NCBI GenBank assembly: GCA_009914755.4
Contig: CP086569.2
Span: 62,080,001 to 62,144,000 of the forward strand
Origin: the human T2T-CHM13v2.0 reference genome, Homo sapiens
Length of the DNA: 64,000 nt
Direction: 5' to 3'
Shown: in pieces, positions 16,942-32,175 of the stretch
Position numbering within the stretch: the first letter of the stretch is position 1
Layout: each line of letters opens with the position of its first letter
The notes under the pieces: generated by a model
What the model was told of the DNA's origin: nothing
Seen by the model: the letters and a program-made list of their open reading frames with translations, nothing else
Databases searched by the model: none
Program-made: the position numbers and the translations under genes

Positions 16942-17155
16942 TTTTTTTTTTTTTTTTTGAGATGGGGTCTCACTCTGTCACCCCGGCTAGAGTGCAGTAG
17001 CACAATCTTGGCTTACTACCCTCCACCTCCTGGGCTCAAGTGAGCCTCCCACCTCAGCCTCCTGAGTAGCTGGGACCACAGGCTCACACCACTACACCTG
17101 GCTAATTTTTTGTGTGTTTGGTAGAGATAAAGTTTCACCATGTTGTCCAGGCTGG
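16942..17155 (-). mobile_element. Alu (minus orientation), partial
   Basis: A poly-T then gagatggggtctcactctgtcaccccggctagagtgcagtagcacaatcttggcttactaccctccacctcctgggctcaagtgagcctcccacctcagcctcctgagtagctgggaccacaggc... Confidence 0.85.
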
Positions 17156-17213
17156 GGAAATTTATAGTCTTAAATGAGAACATTAGAAAAGGAACTTGGG
17201 AAAAACATCAACA

Positions 17214-17467
17214 GACCGGGCACAGTGGCTCAAGCATGTAATCCCAGCACTTTGGGAGGCCGAGGCAGGTGGATCATGAGGTCAAGTGATCGAGACAATC
17301 CTGCCCAACATGGTAAAACCCCATCTCTACTAAAAATACAAAAATTAGCTGGGTGTGGTGGCACACACCTGTAGTCCCAGCTACTCGGGAGGCTGAGGCA
17401 GGAGAATTGCTTGAGCCGAGATTGTGCCACTGCACTCCAGCCTGGTGAAAGAGTGAGACTACGTCTC

Positions 17468-17495
<28 letters not shown>
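17214..17495 (+). mobile_element. Alu (AluS/Y-like), full length with a 28-nt poly(A)
   Basis: ccgggcacagtggctcaagcatgtaatcccagcactttgggaggccgaggcaggtggatcatgaggtcaagtgatcgagac...poly(A) at 17468-17495. Confidence 0.9.
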
Positions 17496-17500
<5 letters not shown>

Positions 17501-17626
17501 GCATCAGTCAACAAATCAGACAAAGAACAAGTTAAATTCAAAGAAAGAAAAAGGAAAAACATAACAAACAAATGAAATACAAAAGAAACACACAATAGAA
17601 TCAGCCAAGCTAAAACTTGTGGTTCT

Positions 17627-17781
17627 TTTGGTTTTCAGATAGGGTCTCATTCTGTTGCCCAGGCTGGAGTGTAGTGGCTTAATCACAGCTTAGTACAGCC
17701 TCCCCCTTACAGGCTCAAGCGATCTTCCCACCTTTTCCTCTCAAAGTGCTGGGATTACAGGTATGAGCCACCATGCCCTGC
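17627..17781 (-). mobile_element. Alu (minus) with an internal deletion of about 130 bp
   Basis: agatagggtctcattctgttgcccaggctggagtgtagtgg...caccttttcctctcaaagtgctgggattacaggtatgagccaccatgccctgc. Jumps from the first cctcagcctcc to the second aaagtgctgggattacagg. Confidence 0.75.
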
Positions 17782-17914
17782 TAAAATCTGGTTCTTTAAA
17801 AATACATTATAAAATTCACAGACCTTTAGCAAGATTTGTCAAGAAAAAGCAGTCAAACAACAATCTTGCACAGGAGGACTGTACTACAGATAGAAAGACT
17901 CTGAAAGGAAGTCA

Positions 17915-18217
<303 letters not shown>

Positions 18218-18268
18218 TCATAATGTAAAATTATGAATACCTTTATGCCAACAGACTTTAAAGCATAG

Positions 18269-18570
<302 letters not shown>

Positions 18571-18930
18571 GTGAGATATGAATTTCTAGGGAAAAAAATC
18601 AAAATTCACTCCAAAAGTAGAAAAAAAACTTACATAGATTAAATATATTGAATCAGTCATGAAAATCTTCCCATAAAGAAATTTGTAGGCCCAAGTGCCT
18701 TCACCAAAAAGTTCCATGAAACATACAAGAGAAACAAACCAACCAAACAAACAAAAAAAAACTCTTCCACTAACACAAACAGAGAATACAGAAAGAAGAC
18801 TCCCCAGTTCATTTTACAAGGTTAAAATAAAAATAACCTTGATATCAAAACCCAATAAGGCAAGGGCAAGAAAAAATATTTGCAGGCCATCATTATTCAA
18901 CGTGGATCAGAAATTATTTTTAAGATGTAC

Positions 18931-19222
18931 TAGCCAGGTGTGGTGGTCATACCTATAATCCTAGTAGTTTGGGAGGCCCGAGTGAGAGGATGGCCTGAGC
19001 TCAGGAGTTTGAGACCAGCCTGGGCAACAAGGCAAAATCCCGTCTTTATAAAAAATACAAAAATTAGCTGGGCATGGCAGCACACCTATAGACCCAGCTA
19101 TTCGGGAGGCTGAGGTGGGAGGATCACTTGAGCCTAGCAGGTTGAGAATGCAGTGATCCCTGATCATGCCACTGTGCTCCAGCCTGGGCAACAGAGTGAG
19201 ACCCTGTCTCAAAACAACAACA
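18931..19222 (+). mobile_element. Alu, full length
   Basis: tagccaggtgtggtggtcatacctataatcctagtagtttgggaggcccgagtgagaggatggcctgagctcaggagtttgagaccagcctgggcaacaaggc...ccagcctgggcaacagagtgagaccctgtctcaaaacaacaac. Confidence 0.85.
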
Positions 19223-22200
19223 GAAAGATATACTGACCACCTGTGATGCTGGCCAGGATGGCGTATGCATGCTATGGCCTGTCATTTCCACTGATCACAA
19301 TTTGAAACTCTGGACAAAATATAAATAGCAATGACCTAAGAACTCTGAAAAGTAACCAGCAGACAGGTTGGGAAACGTCAAAACCTGAAGAATTATCTGG
19401 ATGGCGGTGGTGAGAGATCATATTCTGAGTCATAAAACAAACCCTGAAGTTAAACAATTAAAATTCAGTGAATTATTTTCTCTGATGACAGAATTAAACT
19501 AGGAATCTAGAACATTTCTAGAACATTCCCAAATATGAGAAGTTAAATGGTGTACTTCTAAATGGCCCATAGGTCAAAGAGAGTATCTTAAGACAAATTG
19601 GAAAACAGTTTGAACTTAATAAATATGACATCATCTTATCAAAATATGTGCTTACAGGGCAATTTATAGCACTAAATTATGAGAAATGAAGCATCAAATC
19701 AATAATGTAAGCATTTACTTTAAGTAAAAAAAGAACCAAATAAACTCAAATCAGGCATAAGAAAAACAGACTAAATCAGTAATATTTAAACAAAAACAGT
19801 AAAGGAAAAAAATTCAACGAAATCCAAAGTTGGTTCTTTGCAGGGGTGGTGGGAGGTGGAAATCAATCAAATGAGGAAGCCTCTAGCAGACTGACAAAGG
19901 AAGAAGAGAAAACACAAATTGCCAATACCAGAAATGAAAGGAATATTATTACAAATCCTGTAGACACTAGAAGGCTATAATGGATACTACAAAAACAAAA
20001 CAAACAACTATATGCTTCTAAATTCTACAAATTAGGTGAAATAGATCAATTCCTTGAAAGACAGACTACCAAAACTCAAGAAGAAACAGACAGCTTGAAT
20101 ACCCCTGTATTTATTAAAGAAACAGAAGTGGCACAGCACTTTGGAAGACAATTTGGCAGGTTCTGATAAAGTCAAACGTACACGGACCATGTGACTCGGC
20201 AATCCTACCCTTAGGCATTTGCACAAGTGAAATGAAAACCTATGCTCAGACAAAAAGCACTTTGTGAATTCCAATCCACTTATAATTTACCAAAAAGTGA
20301 AAATAGTCCATATTCCTCCAATGACAAACCAATAAGCAAACCATGTAGTATTTATACAATGGATTACTATTTGGCAATAAAAAGGAATAACTGTTGATGC
20401 AGTACATGAAAGTAGCCAGACTCAAAAGGCTACATCCTGAACGATTCCATTTGTATAAAATTCTGAAAAAAAAGCAATGCTAGAGGAACACAGATCAGTG
20501 ATTGCCAGAAGTTTACAATGGAAGGTTTTACTATAAAGGGCAAGGTAATTTTTGGAGTGATCATATAATTTTGTAATCTACCAAAAACAAACATAATAAA
20601 TGGGCAGATAAGTAAAGTTCACGGATTGGAAAGTTCAATATTGCAAAGGTCTCCCAAAAATGACCTATCAATTTAATCCCAGTGGAAATTCCAATCAGTT
20701 TTGTGAAGGCTGCTAAGTCAACTCTAAAATGGCCAAGAATAGACAAGATCACCGGAGAGGAAACAGGGAGGTGGACACAAATATCTTCTGATTGATGAGT
20801 GAAATCATTAGAAGGCCAGCAAAAATACAAGTAAGCCAGAATTTCTAAAGCACCACAAAAGAACACTAGTTAGTAGTGCATCTAGGTATCTCTCAAATTT
20901 GTTGTAAACATAGGCCTTTAAAAAAACATTAGAAACTGATATTTAAAGAGATATAAACTCATATTAAGCTTTTAAAAAATTCTAAGCAAGGGCCTCACCT
21001 AATTTCATAAAAGGTTGCATAGAAGCAACCATTGCTGCAAACGATGTGCTGCCCTGAGATGTGAGGATCCCAGTGGTCCCTCTGGGTCAACAGCAGCTAC
21101 CGCGGCTGAGCCCAAACTCTGACACATTATCTATCTACAATCATTATTTTTAACAATTTATATCAATGCTACCCATAAGGCACAGAGAAGCAGAAATGTT
21201 TATGTGGCCTCCTGCCAAAAACAATCACTTGCACTTATTTCTAGGACTACTCCAGAAGACAGTATTAGAAGTTTTTCAATTTAGAAAAACATTTACAGCA
21301 AAGAAAAAAATCTCTGTAAATTTCCTGCTTAACCAATCTAGTGAATTGTGATGAGCCATATAAATTCATTTAGCCACCTTATGAAAGACTTAATCCAAAG
21401 TCACTTCTAACTTCTAGAAGAGCTAATGCATTATAATAACAGTTGTGAAAGACTCAAAGGCCAGAAATGTCAAGGTGTGGTCTATATCTTAAATCCAGAA
21501 AAAAAACAAAAAGCAAGATGTACAGGCCAAATGATTGCCAATTTCTTCTGCCTATGTCATCTTTCTTCACTATAACCTGAAATTACATTTCATGTTTGAC
21601 AATTCTCAGCAAGGAGACAAAACAAGCTTATGAGTAAAATAATAGAAAGCAGAGCCACAGAGAGTACGAGAGGCAGGAGTCATCTCCCAAGTCCAAGTTC
21701 AACTTCTATATTATTAGACAGGGCCTCAGTGTCTTTGAACTGTAAGGAATTAATATTGATTGTAGCATGAGTAAAACCTATCTTCTACTCATCATGAAAA
21801 GTCACAGTCGTTTTGTTTAAAGACTCCAGAATTATTATGGGCAGAAACAAGAAGGTTACACACTTATTTGGTGAAATGAGGAATCAGGAATGAGCATTCC
21901 CAAGAGAATACAATTACAAAAGTAAAATATCCTAGAGTTTTTGGGCTGCTTAAAAAACCCAGAAAGAAGTGCCAAATGAGAAAATAATCAAATTCAGTGG
22001 AAAAACTCACTTGAAGGTATCATGGTCAGCTGGGTTTCCACCCCTTTGTTGCACTTCAAATCCTGTGTCTTCCACAAAGACTTGCTCCTTTCTAAAGGCT
22101 ATGGTTCACGTTCAACAGAATAGCAGCAACCACCATGAGCCTGAGGGCTGGCTAGTCTTTAGTATTCTGCCTTATTCAAAGAAACGATCATTTCCCTCAT

Positions 22201-22225
22201 TCCTAAAGAACTCCCATGTCCATTA

Positions 22226-22585
<360 letters not shown>

Positions 22586-22954
22586 CTAAACACTTCCCCA
22601 GGCCAGTGCATTAGCAGTTAGCTCCTTACTGAATATTATCTGCAGCAAACAGTAGCTGACTCCTAGCTCTCTTCAGTGAACTTGAATTGAAATTTATAGA
22701 ATTCTCATGACTTCTATTTCATCTTGAAACCCAGAGACTCCTTCCCTTTCCTAGTGATTTACCTTTCAATTATAGGCAGACTGAACCAGTCCCAGCTGTC
22801 TTTAGTTGGTCTCTATTCAAACACTGTACTTTTGTTTCTTGATTACATCTTCAATTATTTTAGTTATTTCTGAGATTCTCCCCTGTAATTTCTCCAACTA
22901 TCTAGGGCATAAAGAGTGCATGAATAACATTATGAAGGCTGTGAGACTTCAAAT

Positions 22955-23075
22955 AAATGAGTAGCCTTTCTGAGCCTCAGTTTTCTCCTCTGTAAACCAG
23001 GAATAATTTTTACTGAACAAAGTTGTTCTAAGGATTAGTGAAATGTATGTGCAGCCTTTAGCTTAATAGGTGATC
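22955..23075 (+). mobile_element. MIR fragment
   Basis: ctgagcctcagttttctcctctgtaaaccaggaataatttttactgaacaaagttgttctaaggattagtgaaatgtatgtgcagc resembles the MIR core (tgagcctcagtttcctcatctgtaaaatggg...agggttgttgtgaggattaaatgag). Confidence 0.45.
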
Positions 23076-23084
23076 AAATGGTAA

Positions 23085-23304
<220 letters not shown>

Positions 23305-23482
23305 CGATTTTAACCAGTCTTAAGTGTGCAGTTATTGGCATTAAGTGCATTCATGTTGTTGTACAACCATCACCACCATCCATCTCCAGAACATTTTCAT
23401 CATCCCGAGTGAAACTCTGTACCCAGTAAGCAATAAGCCCTCATGCCTCTCTACCCCAGCCTCTGGCAACCACCAAACTACC
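23305..23482 (-). mobile_element. Ancient L1 3'-end fragment (minus), split by Alu 23483-23776 and continuing about 23777-23830
   Basis: ccagtcttaagtgtgcagttattggcattaagtgcattcatgttgttgtacaaccatcaccaccatccatctccagaacattttcatcatcc...cagcctctggcaaccaccaaactacc matches the generic old L1 3'-end sequence in antisense orientation. Confidence 0.4.
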
Positions 23483-23776
23483 TTTTTTTTTTTCTTTTTT
23501 CTGACAGGGTCTCTCTGTCGCCCAGGTTGGAGTACAGTGGCATGATCATAGTTCACTGAAAGCTTGAACTCCCAGATTCGAGTGATCCAACCCACCTCAG
23601 CCTCCCCAGTAGTTGGGACTACAGGTATGTTCCACCACACCTGACTTTTCTTTTTAAAGTAGAGATGAGGTCTCCCTATGTTGTCTAGCCTGGTCTTGAA
23701 CTCTTGGGCTGAAGTGATCCTCCTGCCTTATCCTTCCAAGATGTTGGGATTACAGGAATGAGCCACTGAGCCTGAC
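23483..23776 (-). mobile_element. Alu (minus), full length
   Basis: A poly-T then ctgacagggtctctctgtcgcccaggttggagtacagtggcatgatcatagttcactgaaagc...gatgttgggattacaggaatgagccactgagcctgac. Confidence 0.9.
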
Positions 23777-24839
23777 TATCCTACTTTGTTTCTATGAATT
23801 TTACTGATCTAGATATCTCATATAAGTGGAATCATATATAAGGGAGGAAAAATATTTTTCCTCCACCCTTCTAATTTCTTGGCTGGGGATCTTTTAACAA
23901 AAGACAGATTAACAAGAGAAAAGCATACACATTTACTTAACATAAGTTTTATATGACACAGAAAAAATTGACTTTTCTGGAAGTAACTTGATATAACTAG
24001 GAGCCTTTGTAAGGAAATAAAGACCTGAAGAAACAGTTAAACATATGTCTTTGTATATTAGGTTTGTCAAAAGACTAAATTACAACAAATTAGGTTTTAT
24101 ATTATCAGAGGACTACAACAAATTTATAGATTTAATTGGCTTTTATTCATGATTCATGAATCTGGGCACCTTCCACTCTACAAAACAGAATGAGAGTTCC
24201 CACTGGGCAATAGCAGAACCACAGGTTTTATGAGGTAGCAACAAGGAAACAGAATAGAAAAACCTGATTGGTTAACATCAAGCTACTTCAGTTACTTTTT
24301 TTAATGGTTAAAGCAGAGGGCACTTCCTTCTTCCACTGATTTAAGTAGACTGGAATCTCATGTTTTCAGGAAAAACTGGTCTGTTTGGGGATCTGCTTCC
24401 TTAAAGTTTCAGTTTGATGACACAGCATTTAGCATAAGTAATTCCATTTTGGTTTGGTCTGATCTGTTGAAGGCTAGTGCAGGGGCTCAGCCCAAAAGAA
24501 TGACCTCCCATAATTTTTAACAGTTTGATAAAGAGTGGAGAGAAGCAGAAAATTGCGAGAGGACAAAAAGGGTTAGGAGCTAAGTGTAGTAAACTGGGAG
24601 GAACAGCAGGAACTATCATTCAGATTCCTCTCAGCGTTATCTTAAGAGACAAAGATGCTCCTTCCTCCAGGGACAGGGACGGCACCTCTCACCCAAGGGC
24701 CTTGTGACCTGCATCAGAGAAGAGGGTGAGAAGGTCAGAGTGTCCTTCCTATCATTTCTGAGTTTCCTTCAGCTTCAAACATTCAATATGCTAAGGTGGC
24801 TATTTTGGAGATTATCAAGAAGCTGATCACATAAAATAC

Positions 24840-25040
24840 TTGTTCTTTGGTGACTGGTTTATTTCATGTGGCATAATGTCTTCCATGTTCATCCATGGTG
24901 TAGCATGTGTCAGAATTGCCTTTCTCTGTAAGCCTGAATAGTATTCTACTGCATATAGTGTATATATACCATATTTTTTTATTCATTTGCAGATAGACTC
25001 TTGGCTTGCTTCCACCTTTTGGCTATTATGGATAATGCAA
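24840..25040 (-). mobile_element. Ancient L1 fragment (ORF2 C-terminal region, minus)
   Basis: ctgaatagtattctactgcatatagtgtatatataccatattttttttattcatttgcagatagactcttggcttgcttccaccttttggctattatggataatgc is the antisense of the conserved L1 ORF2 3' region (ggctgagtagtattccattgtgtatatataccacatttt...cttccac.ttttggctattgtgaataatgc). Confidence 0.45.
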
Positions 25041-25149
25041 TGGTATATTTTAACTACAGATCTTTTTACACCAAATAGACATAAACAATCAAAAGAATTT
25101 ATCCTAGGCCCACAGAGAAGGCAGATGGGGTCCTTGATCAATTACAGGG

Positions 25150-25246
25150 GTTCTCTTTTTAAAATGACTTCTTCATAAACCTATGTGAGGGGAATACTGA
25201 CAGTACCTACTTTTTATAGATGGAAATTCTATTTAAGAGCTCTCAT
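25150..25246 (+). mobile_element. Possible MIR fragment
   Basis: gaggggaatactgacagtacctactttttatagatgg resembles the MIR segment ataatagtacctacctcatagggttgt. Confidence 0.3.
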
Positions 25247-25541
<295 letters not shown>

Positions 25542-25750
25542 TTCTCATTACTTTCTCATATTACACAGAGGAGCTAAATATGACAATTAACTGAAGAAAG
25601 ACAAACTGCTAATCTCAAGCAGTTATTACAAACTGTCAAGTTAATATAGACAGCAATCTGCAGTTTAAAAATGCCAATCACTACAAATCACAGGGAAAAC
25701 ATCTGTGCTTCAGTGGAAACACTACATTGTTTAGATCACACTCCTTCAGA

Positions 25751-26040
25751 CTTTTGAGATAGGATCTCCCTCCATCACCCAGACTGGAATGCAAGGGTAT
25801 GATCCTGGCTCACAGCAACCTCCACTTCCCTGGCTCAAGGGATTCTCCCACCTCAGCCTCCTGAGTAGCTGGGACTACAGGCTCATGCCATCATGCTCAG
25901 CTAATTTTTGGAAACTTTTTTTGTAGAGAGAGGGTCTATGTTGCTCAGGCTGGTCTTGAACTCCTGGGGTCAAGAGATCTGTCTACCTCAACCTCCCAAA
26001 GTGCTGGGATAACAGGAGTGAGCCACTGCACCCAGCGCCT
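25751..26040 (-). mobile_element. Alu (minus), full length
   Basis: cttttgagataggatctccctccatcacccagactggaatgcaagggtatgatcctggctcacagcaacctcc...cccaaagtgctgggataacaggagtgagccactgcacccagcgcc. Confidence 0.9.
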
Positions 26041-27739
26041 TTAAGGTTTTCTAGTCTAGCCTTTCACCTGTTTTATGGTATGTGAAGTTGAAAAGAACTG
26101 ATAATGCAAATGATTCTTGTTTATAAATATGCAAATCAACCTGCCTTGGAAAGCCAATCCTTCTCCATGTGGCAAAGCCACTTATGCATCAATTTCCAGT
26201 TTATTTCAATATTCTGAGTAATAGATGTGTCCGTCCCTTTGGGTTCCCTTTTGAACTGGTTGTAACATCTCACTGCTCACTTCATTAATAAAATATTTAA
26301 CATTTATATCTATATGAGTGATAGTTTTTCCTGTTTTTGAAAAGTTACCCTTTAACAAATATAACATGCACAGGTGAGTTAATGCCATGCTTCTCAAAGT
26401 ATGGCCTGTGGAAGGAGCAGCCTGGCGCTCCCTCACAGTATTTTTGACAGAAATGCATTCCACTGGGCCCCACCTCAGGAGTGTGGAGTTGTAGCCGGAT
26501 CCCTTTCACTGACACATTAAAGTTAGAGCCACCCTAGGTTAATACACATCACTGACCGGCCTCAAGGAATAGGAGTGCTGGGTCTATCAGTCTCTCCCAA
26601 CCATTCCCTGGGCTTTGCCAAGTGCTTTCTGCCTGCCGAGCTCACTCTTGGATCAGATGGGGCCTCCCTGCCAGCAGTTCTACCTCATCCTCTCTGCACC
26701 TAAGTCAACTCCAGAGTTCACAGACCTCACTTCTGATCTCCACCACCCCTCCTCCCCTTCCACGGTGACTCAAACCTTCAGGCAGTGAAAATAAGGAGAC
26801 TCACAAACTAGGAGACTACAGCTTCAGACCACACATTTTCCACTGAGCCAGTACCTGAGCAAAAACTAGTTTTCTGGAGTTGGGGGGATGAGAAGATTTG
26901 ATATTGAAAGTGTCCTTGGTGGCATTTCAAAGCTCAACATCATCTAACAAAAATTTTATTCCTTTTTCATTTCTGTTAGGGAATGTTTAGTTTTTCCTCT
27001 TTGATAATGAAAATTTGGTTAACAAACATTGCTTTGGACCAATCTTCCTTTTCACAAATCACTGAGGTGTGTCTATCCACAAGTTCTCAGTTCAGCCTAC
27101 ATTTTCCAGTCTTCCATTTACCTATTCAACTAATACCTGAGTGCCTGGCATGTGTCGGCCCTGTGAACATGCTGGTGACAGTGTGAGCAGGCAGGGCTGG
27201 TTCCTGTCCTCATGAAGCTTATACTACCTGAGGCTGGGGTGTAGAAATCGACACATTAAAAAGGCTACTGAGACTTTAAAAAAAAAAATATATATATATA
27301 TATATGAGAGGCATACAAAGATGCTGAGCTGGAGCTTTGGAAAATGAAGAAAAAGTAATACAAATTTAAAATGTGACATCGAGGAATGAAGACCATCACT
27401 TAACATATCCTATGTTTAAAAAATCGAATGTCCATAGGAAGTTGTCTGGGAGGTGGGCAGGGTTTCATACTGTAATGAGTATTTAGAAAGCTTAGAAGAG
27501 TTCTAATGGTTCTTAATTTAAGAATTATAAGAGGTAGATTCAGGTAGAGAGAGATTCCCATGATATTCACTGCTGGGTGGAGAAGGAGATCCATCCCCCT
27601 CCACTCACAAACATCCTCTTTGTGTTTTTACTCGGCAGTCCTTCATTTAGCTGATCCATCTGTATTTATATTTGTTCTCTTCTGGATCTTGTTTCATAGT
27701 CAATATCAAGTGTTTTTGTGTAAACTGCCTGGTCTTGAC

Positions 27740-27915
27740 AGACCAGGCACGAAGGTAGGCACCATTCACACAGCATTGCATTTAATCTTCACAAGACCCC
27801 TGCAAGGTGGGTCTCAGCCTCCCCTGATACAGGTGAAGCAGGAGGCTCAGGGCTGCTACAACTTGCCCCCAGTCCCAGAGCTGGTACACAGCAACCCAGA
27901 TTGACGGATTCCTAT
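27740..27915 (+). mobile_element. MIR SINE fragment
   Basis: cacacagcattgcatttaatcttcacaagacccctgcaaggtgggtctcagcctcccctgatacaggtgaagcaggaggctcagggctgctacaacttgcccccagtcccagagctggtacacagcaacccagattgac. The layout matches MIR (cacaacaaccctgtgaggtaggt...acagatgaggaaactgaggctcagagaggttaagtaacttgcccaaggtcacacagc). Confidence 0.5.
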
Positions 27916-28568
27916 ACCCATCCATGCTGCCTAGCCTAAACATGTTGTTGGTGCCAAAATTGTTTAAATTAACCCGAGGTTATCTAAAATTAACTCAAAG
28001 TTAACATACGCTATTTGGAAGTAGTGGTGGCAATGACTTATCAGAGAACTTTTAAGGGAAACAGCTGTGGCAAACGAGCCTGACTCACACTGAAGTTATC
28101 TGTAATCAAGTTGCCAACTGACAACTGATTAGTGAATGAAGCTGAGCGCCAGGACTCACGACAGCTGTCTGTTTCATAAACACGCCCTCGTTCCTCCTTT
28201 TGGCCGACTACTAAAGGGTTTAGGTGTCACGCAGCATTTAGATGTTATGCAGAATGAGCAACAAGCAAAGTGTAGGTGCAATCAGATAAGAGCGGAGAAT
28301 TACCAGTATCTTTACAATCACCTGTTGGTCATTTCTGTGGATAATCACCAATTCAGAACAGCAAGGACTGAGAAGCCACAAGGTTCCCTTAAAAGGCCTC
28401 ATCCACTTGCATACTTCTGTTTTCAGGAAACAAAAATTACGTTATGTGGGCTCACAGTCAATAGATTTTTGTTCTGATTTGTATTTCCATGATACATAAT
28501 TAAGTTTTGTGGTTTGAGGTTGAAAGAATTCTGAATATGTATGCTAACACTGATTCACATTAAAGCTA

Positions 28569-28892
<324 letters not shown>

Positions 28893-29015
28893 TTAAGTAG
28901 ATGATTGAATATTTTAACCAAAGGTGTAAATTATTAACCAGGATATTTAAAAAGCAATGAATTGAAGTTGCTGACATTTTTAAGAGAGCTGTTTCTTTCC
29001 CTAAAGTTTTAATAT

Positions 29016-29018
<3 letters not shown>

Positions 29019-29065
<47 letters not shown>
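29019..29065. repeat. (AC)n microsatellite, about 23 units
   Basis: acacacacac... read directly. The ORF-track entry CVCVCVCV is its translation. Confidence 0.9.
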
Positions 29066-29066
<1 letters not shown>

Positions 29067-29989
29067 GTATACTTGGGTGGTGCCAATAAAAAGGAAACAA
29101 AAATAAAATGGAGAAATGGAGATAATGATGAACCCAAGCTAAAGGAAGAGGAGGAGGGGGTAGATATATGTTATTTTCGTTCTTTCCTATTTCACTCTTC
29201 ATTGGAAAAGCACTTGAGTTACAGTTTGTGATTCTGTTAGTCCTTCAGTATGGTAAAACAAACAGGTTTATCTCATGTGCAAATAATCAATGAGGAGTGG
29301 TTGCCTCCAAGAGCCTGGGTAATGTTGACCTTAGTGGGAAGGATCTGAATCAGCTGCCAGGGCCACACATGTGCTGTGTGTTTGTTGATCCCGCCTTATG
29401 TCAACCAGTCAACATCAAAAACGATCAGGGCATTGCTAGGCAACCGCTTCTTCAGTCTTCACTAGTCAATTATTGTGATTAGGATATTTTGTTTTCCTAA
29501 ACGGAACTTGATAGATGGATAGAATGGATTCTACATCGCATTTTTTTCCCCTCTATCACGCACAGATGCCGTTGAGTATATCGTCTCCTCCTTCTGTGCA
29601 GGGAGCCCGCCCTATGTAAGGTTAACAGGAAGGACACAAAGGTATGCAGTGTAGAAAAAAATAGAAATAAGGACCCAGACATAACTCTGAAGGAGCTTCT
29701 AACCATGTTGTGCAGATGAGGAAGACTCAATAATTAGTAAGTTATCCAAAGAAATTAGGGCTTTTTACTAGCAGAACAGTAAAAATTCTAAGTTTGATAA
29801 CACACTGAGTTGAGAAGGCTGTGGGAAAGAGGTATTCACTCACATTGCTGCTAGAAGTATAAACTGGTATAACCCGTCTAGAGGAGAGTGATTTAACAAT
29901 TATCAAAACTAACCACCTAGTCCACATCTAGACATTTATTTTGCAGATATACTTGCCCAAATGCAAAATGTCAGATACACATTGTTTCT

Positions 29990-30739
<750 letters not shown>

Positions 30740-30756
30740 TGTGGACATCTTTTATT

Positions 30757-31260
30757 CAGCCTATCACAATAGCAAACGTCTGGAAACAAACTGGATGTCC
30801 ATCAGCAGTGGAATGATTCAATACATTATGATAAATTCATACAACAGAATACAGTTGTTTAAAATATGAGAAAATGTATTATGTACTAAACAGAAAACTC
30901 ACCAAAATATAATGTTAGGTGAAAAAAGCAAAGTACAGAACAGACACAGGAATGCAGTATACATAATTTGCTTGTATATATGAGGATTAAACTATCTCTG
31001 GAATGATATACCAGAAATTAATCATGGTGGTTACCTGTAGGACAGGAAGAGGGTGCTGGCATTGCAAGAATGAGACTTTTCACTAACACTCTTTCATAAT
31101 TTTTTATCTTAGAAACTTGTAACTATATTACTTATCCAAAAAGTAAAATAATAAAGTCTAGAAAGAGTAAAAAGAAAACAAAGTGTAAAAAAAGTTATAG
31201 ATGGGGGATAAGTTCCCATTGTAAGACTCTTTATGCTAGAGCTGTACAATTTTTAAAAAT
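30757..31260 (+). mobile_element. Ancient L1 (L1M/L1PB-like) ORF2 C-terminal/3'-end fragment
   Basis: attcagcctatcacaatagcaaacgtctggaaacaaactggatgtccatcagcagtggaatgattcaatacattatgataaattcatacaacagaatacagttgtttaaaa matches the L1 ORF2 C-terminus ([19 protein letters not shown]...EWIKKMWYIYTMEYYSAIKKNE region, diverged). Confidence 0.5.
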
Positions 31261-31670
31261 GAGAAGTATGTATATGTTACCAGGAATGCCAGGATATATG
31301 ATCAAGTGACTGAAAACTATGAGCAAAATAAAAAACAGAAAAAAGAAACAAACCCACAAGTGCTTCAGGTATTAGAATTATCAGACATGAACTTTAAAGT
31401 CATTGGTAATATTATCAAACCTAGGTTTAAATAACTACTAGTTTTTTTTTATCTTGGTGCTAGTTACAGAGGTTTATTTACATTGTGATAATTCACCCAC
31501 TTGTACCTTTAAGATGGCACACTTTCTCTCAGGTATATTATACTTCAATAATATTTTACAAAAGTAGAAAACTTGTGGGATGTGACTAAATCTGGGGTGG
31601 GGGGAATCTATAATCGTAAACACATGTATTTGAAAACAAAACAAAAAAAGTACTGAAAAACTGATATGAT

Positions 31671-31779
31671 AGGTGTGGTGGCTCACATGTATAATCCCAA
31701 CATTTTGGAAGGCCAAGGCAGGAGGTTTGCTTGAGGCCAGAACTTCAATACCAGCCCAGGCAACATAGTGAGACCTGTC

Positions 31780-31843
<64 letters not shown>

Positions 31844-32010
31844 TGGGCATGGTGACACACACCTGTGGTCCCAGCTACTTGGAAGGCTGAGGAGGGAGGA
31901 TTGGATCACTTGAGCTCAGTAATTTAAGGCTGCTATGAGCTATGATTCATCACTGCACTATAGCCTGAGTGACACAGTAAGACCCTGTCTCAAAAAAAAG
32001 AAAAAGAAAA
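31671..32010 (+). mobile_element. Alu with the middle A-rich linker expanded to a pure 54-nt poly(A) at 31785-31838 (alternatively a free left monomer plus a partial second Alu)
   Basis: Left arm: ggtgtggtggctcacatgtataatcccaacattttggaaggccaaggcaggaggtttgcttgaggccagaacttcaataccagcccaggcaacatagtgagacctgtcacagc, then A x54. Right arm: ttaattgggcatggtgacacacacctgtggtcccagctacttggaaggctgaggagggagg...ctgtctcaaaaaaaagaaaaag. Confidence 0.8.
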
Positions 32011-32019
32011 AACTCCAAT

Positions 32020-32175
32020 GATCTATGCATCCATCTCAAAAATCCCAGCAAATTAAGCTGAATGAAATTAAAATGATGGAAATAATAAGGATAAAAGCTG
32101 AAATCAATGAAAAAAAAAAAAACCAAAGACATAATAGAGAAAATATAAAAAGCCAAAGCTGTTTCTTTGAAAACA
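32020..32175 (+). mobile_element. Ancient L1 ORF2 fragment
   Basis: Translates to KLNEIKMMEIIRIKAEINEKKKNQRHNRENIKSQSCFFEN, compared with L1 ORF2 ...KIRAEINEIE.KKTIEKINETKSWFFEK. Confidence 0.5.

Noticed and set aside
23830-24400. Possible DNA-transposon or MER fragment (…gttttatgaggtagcaacaaggaaacagaatag…)
   Set aside because: No terminal inverted repeats or family-specific motifs were recognised by eye. It was left as unclassified sequence.
26460-26830. Possible LTR (MaLR-like) in the GC-richer stretch ...tgtagccggatccctttcactgacac...gggcctccctgccagcagttctacc...
   Set aside because: I could not match termini or a polyadenylation-signal layout convincingly by eye, so I left it unannotated. 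RepeatMasker would settle it.
31474-31913. 128-aa minus-strand ORF with a poly-Phe run and a 60-aa plus-strand ORF with a poly-Lys run
   Set aside because: These are translations of the 54-nt poly(A) inside an Alu.
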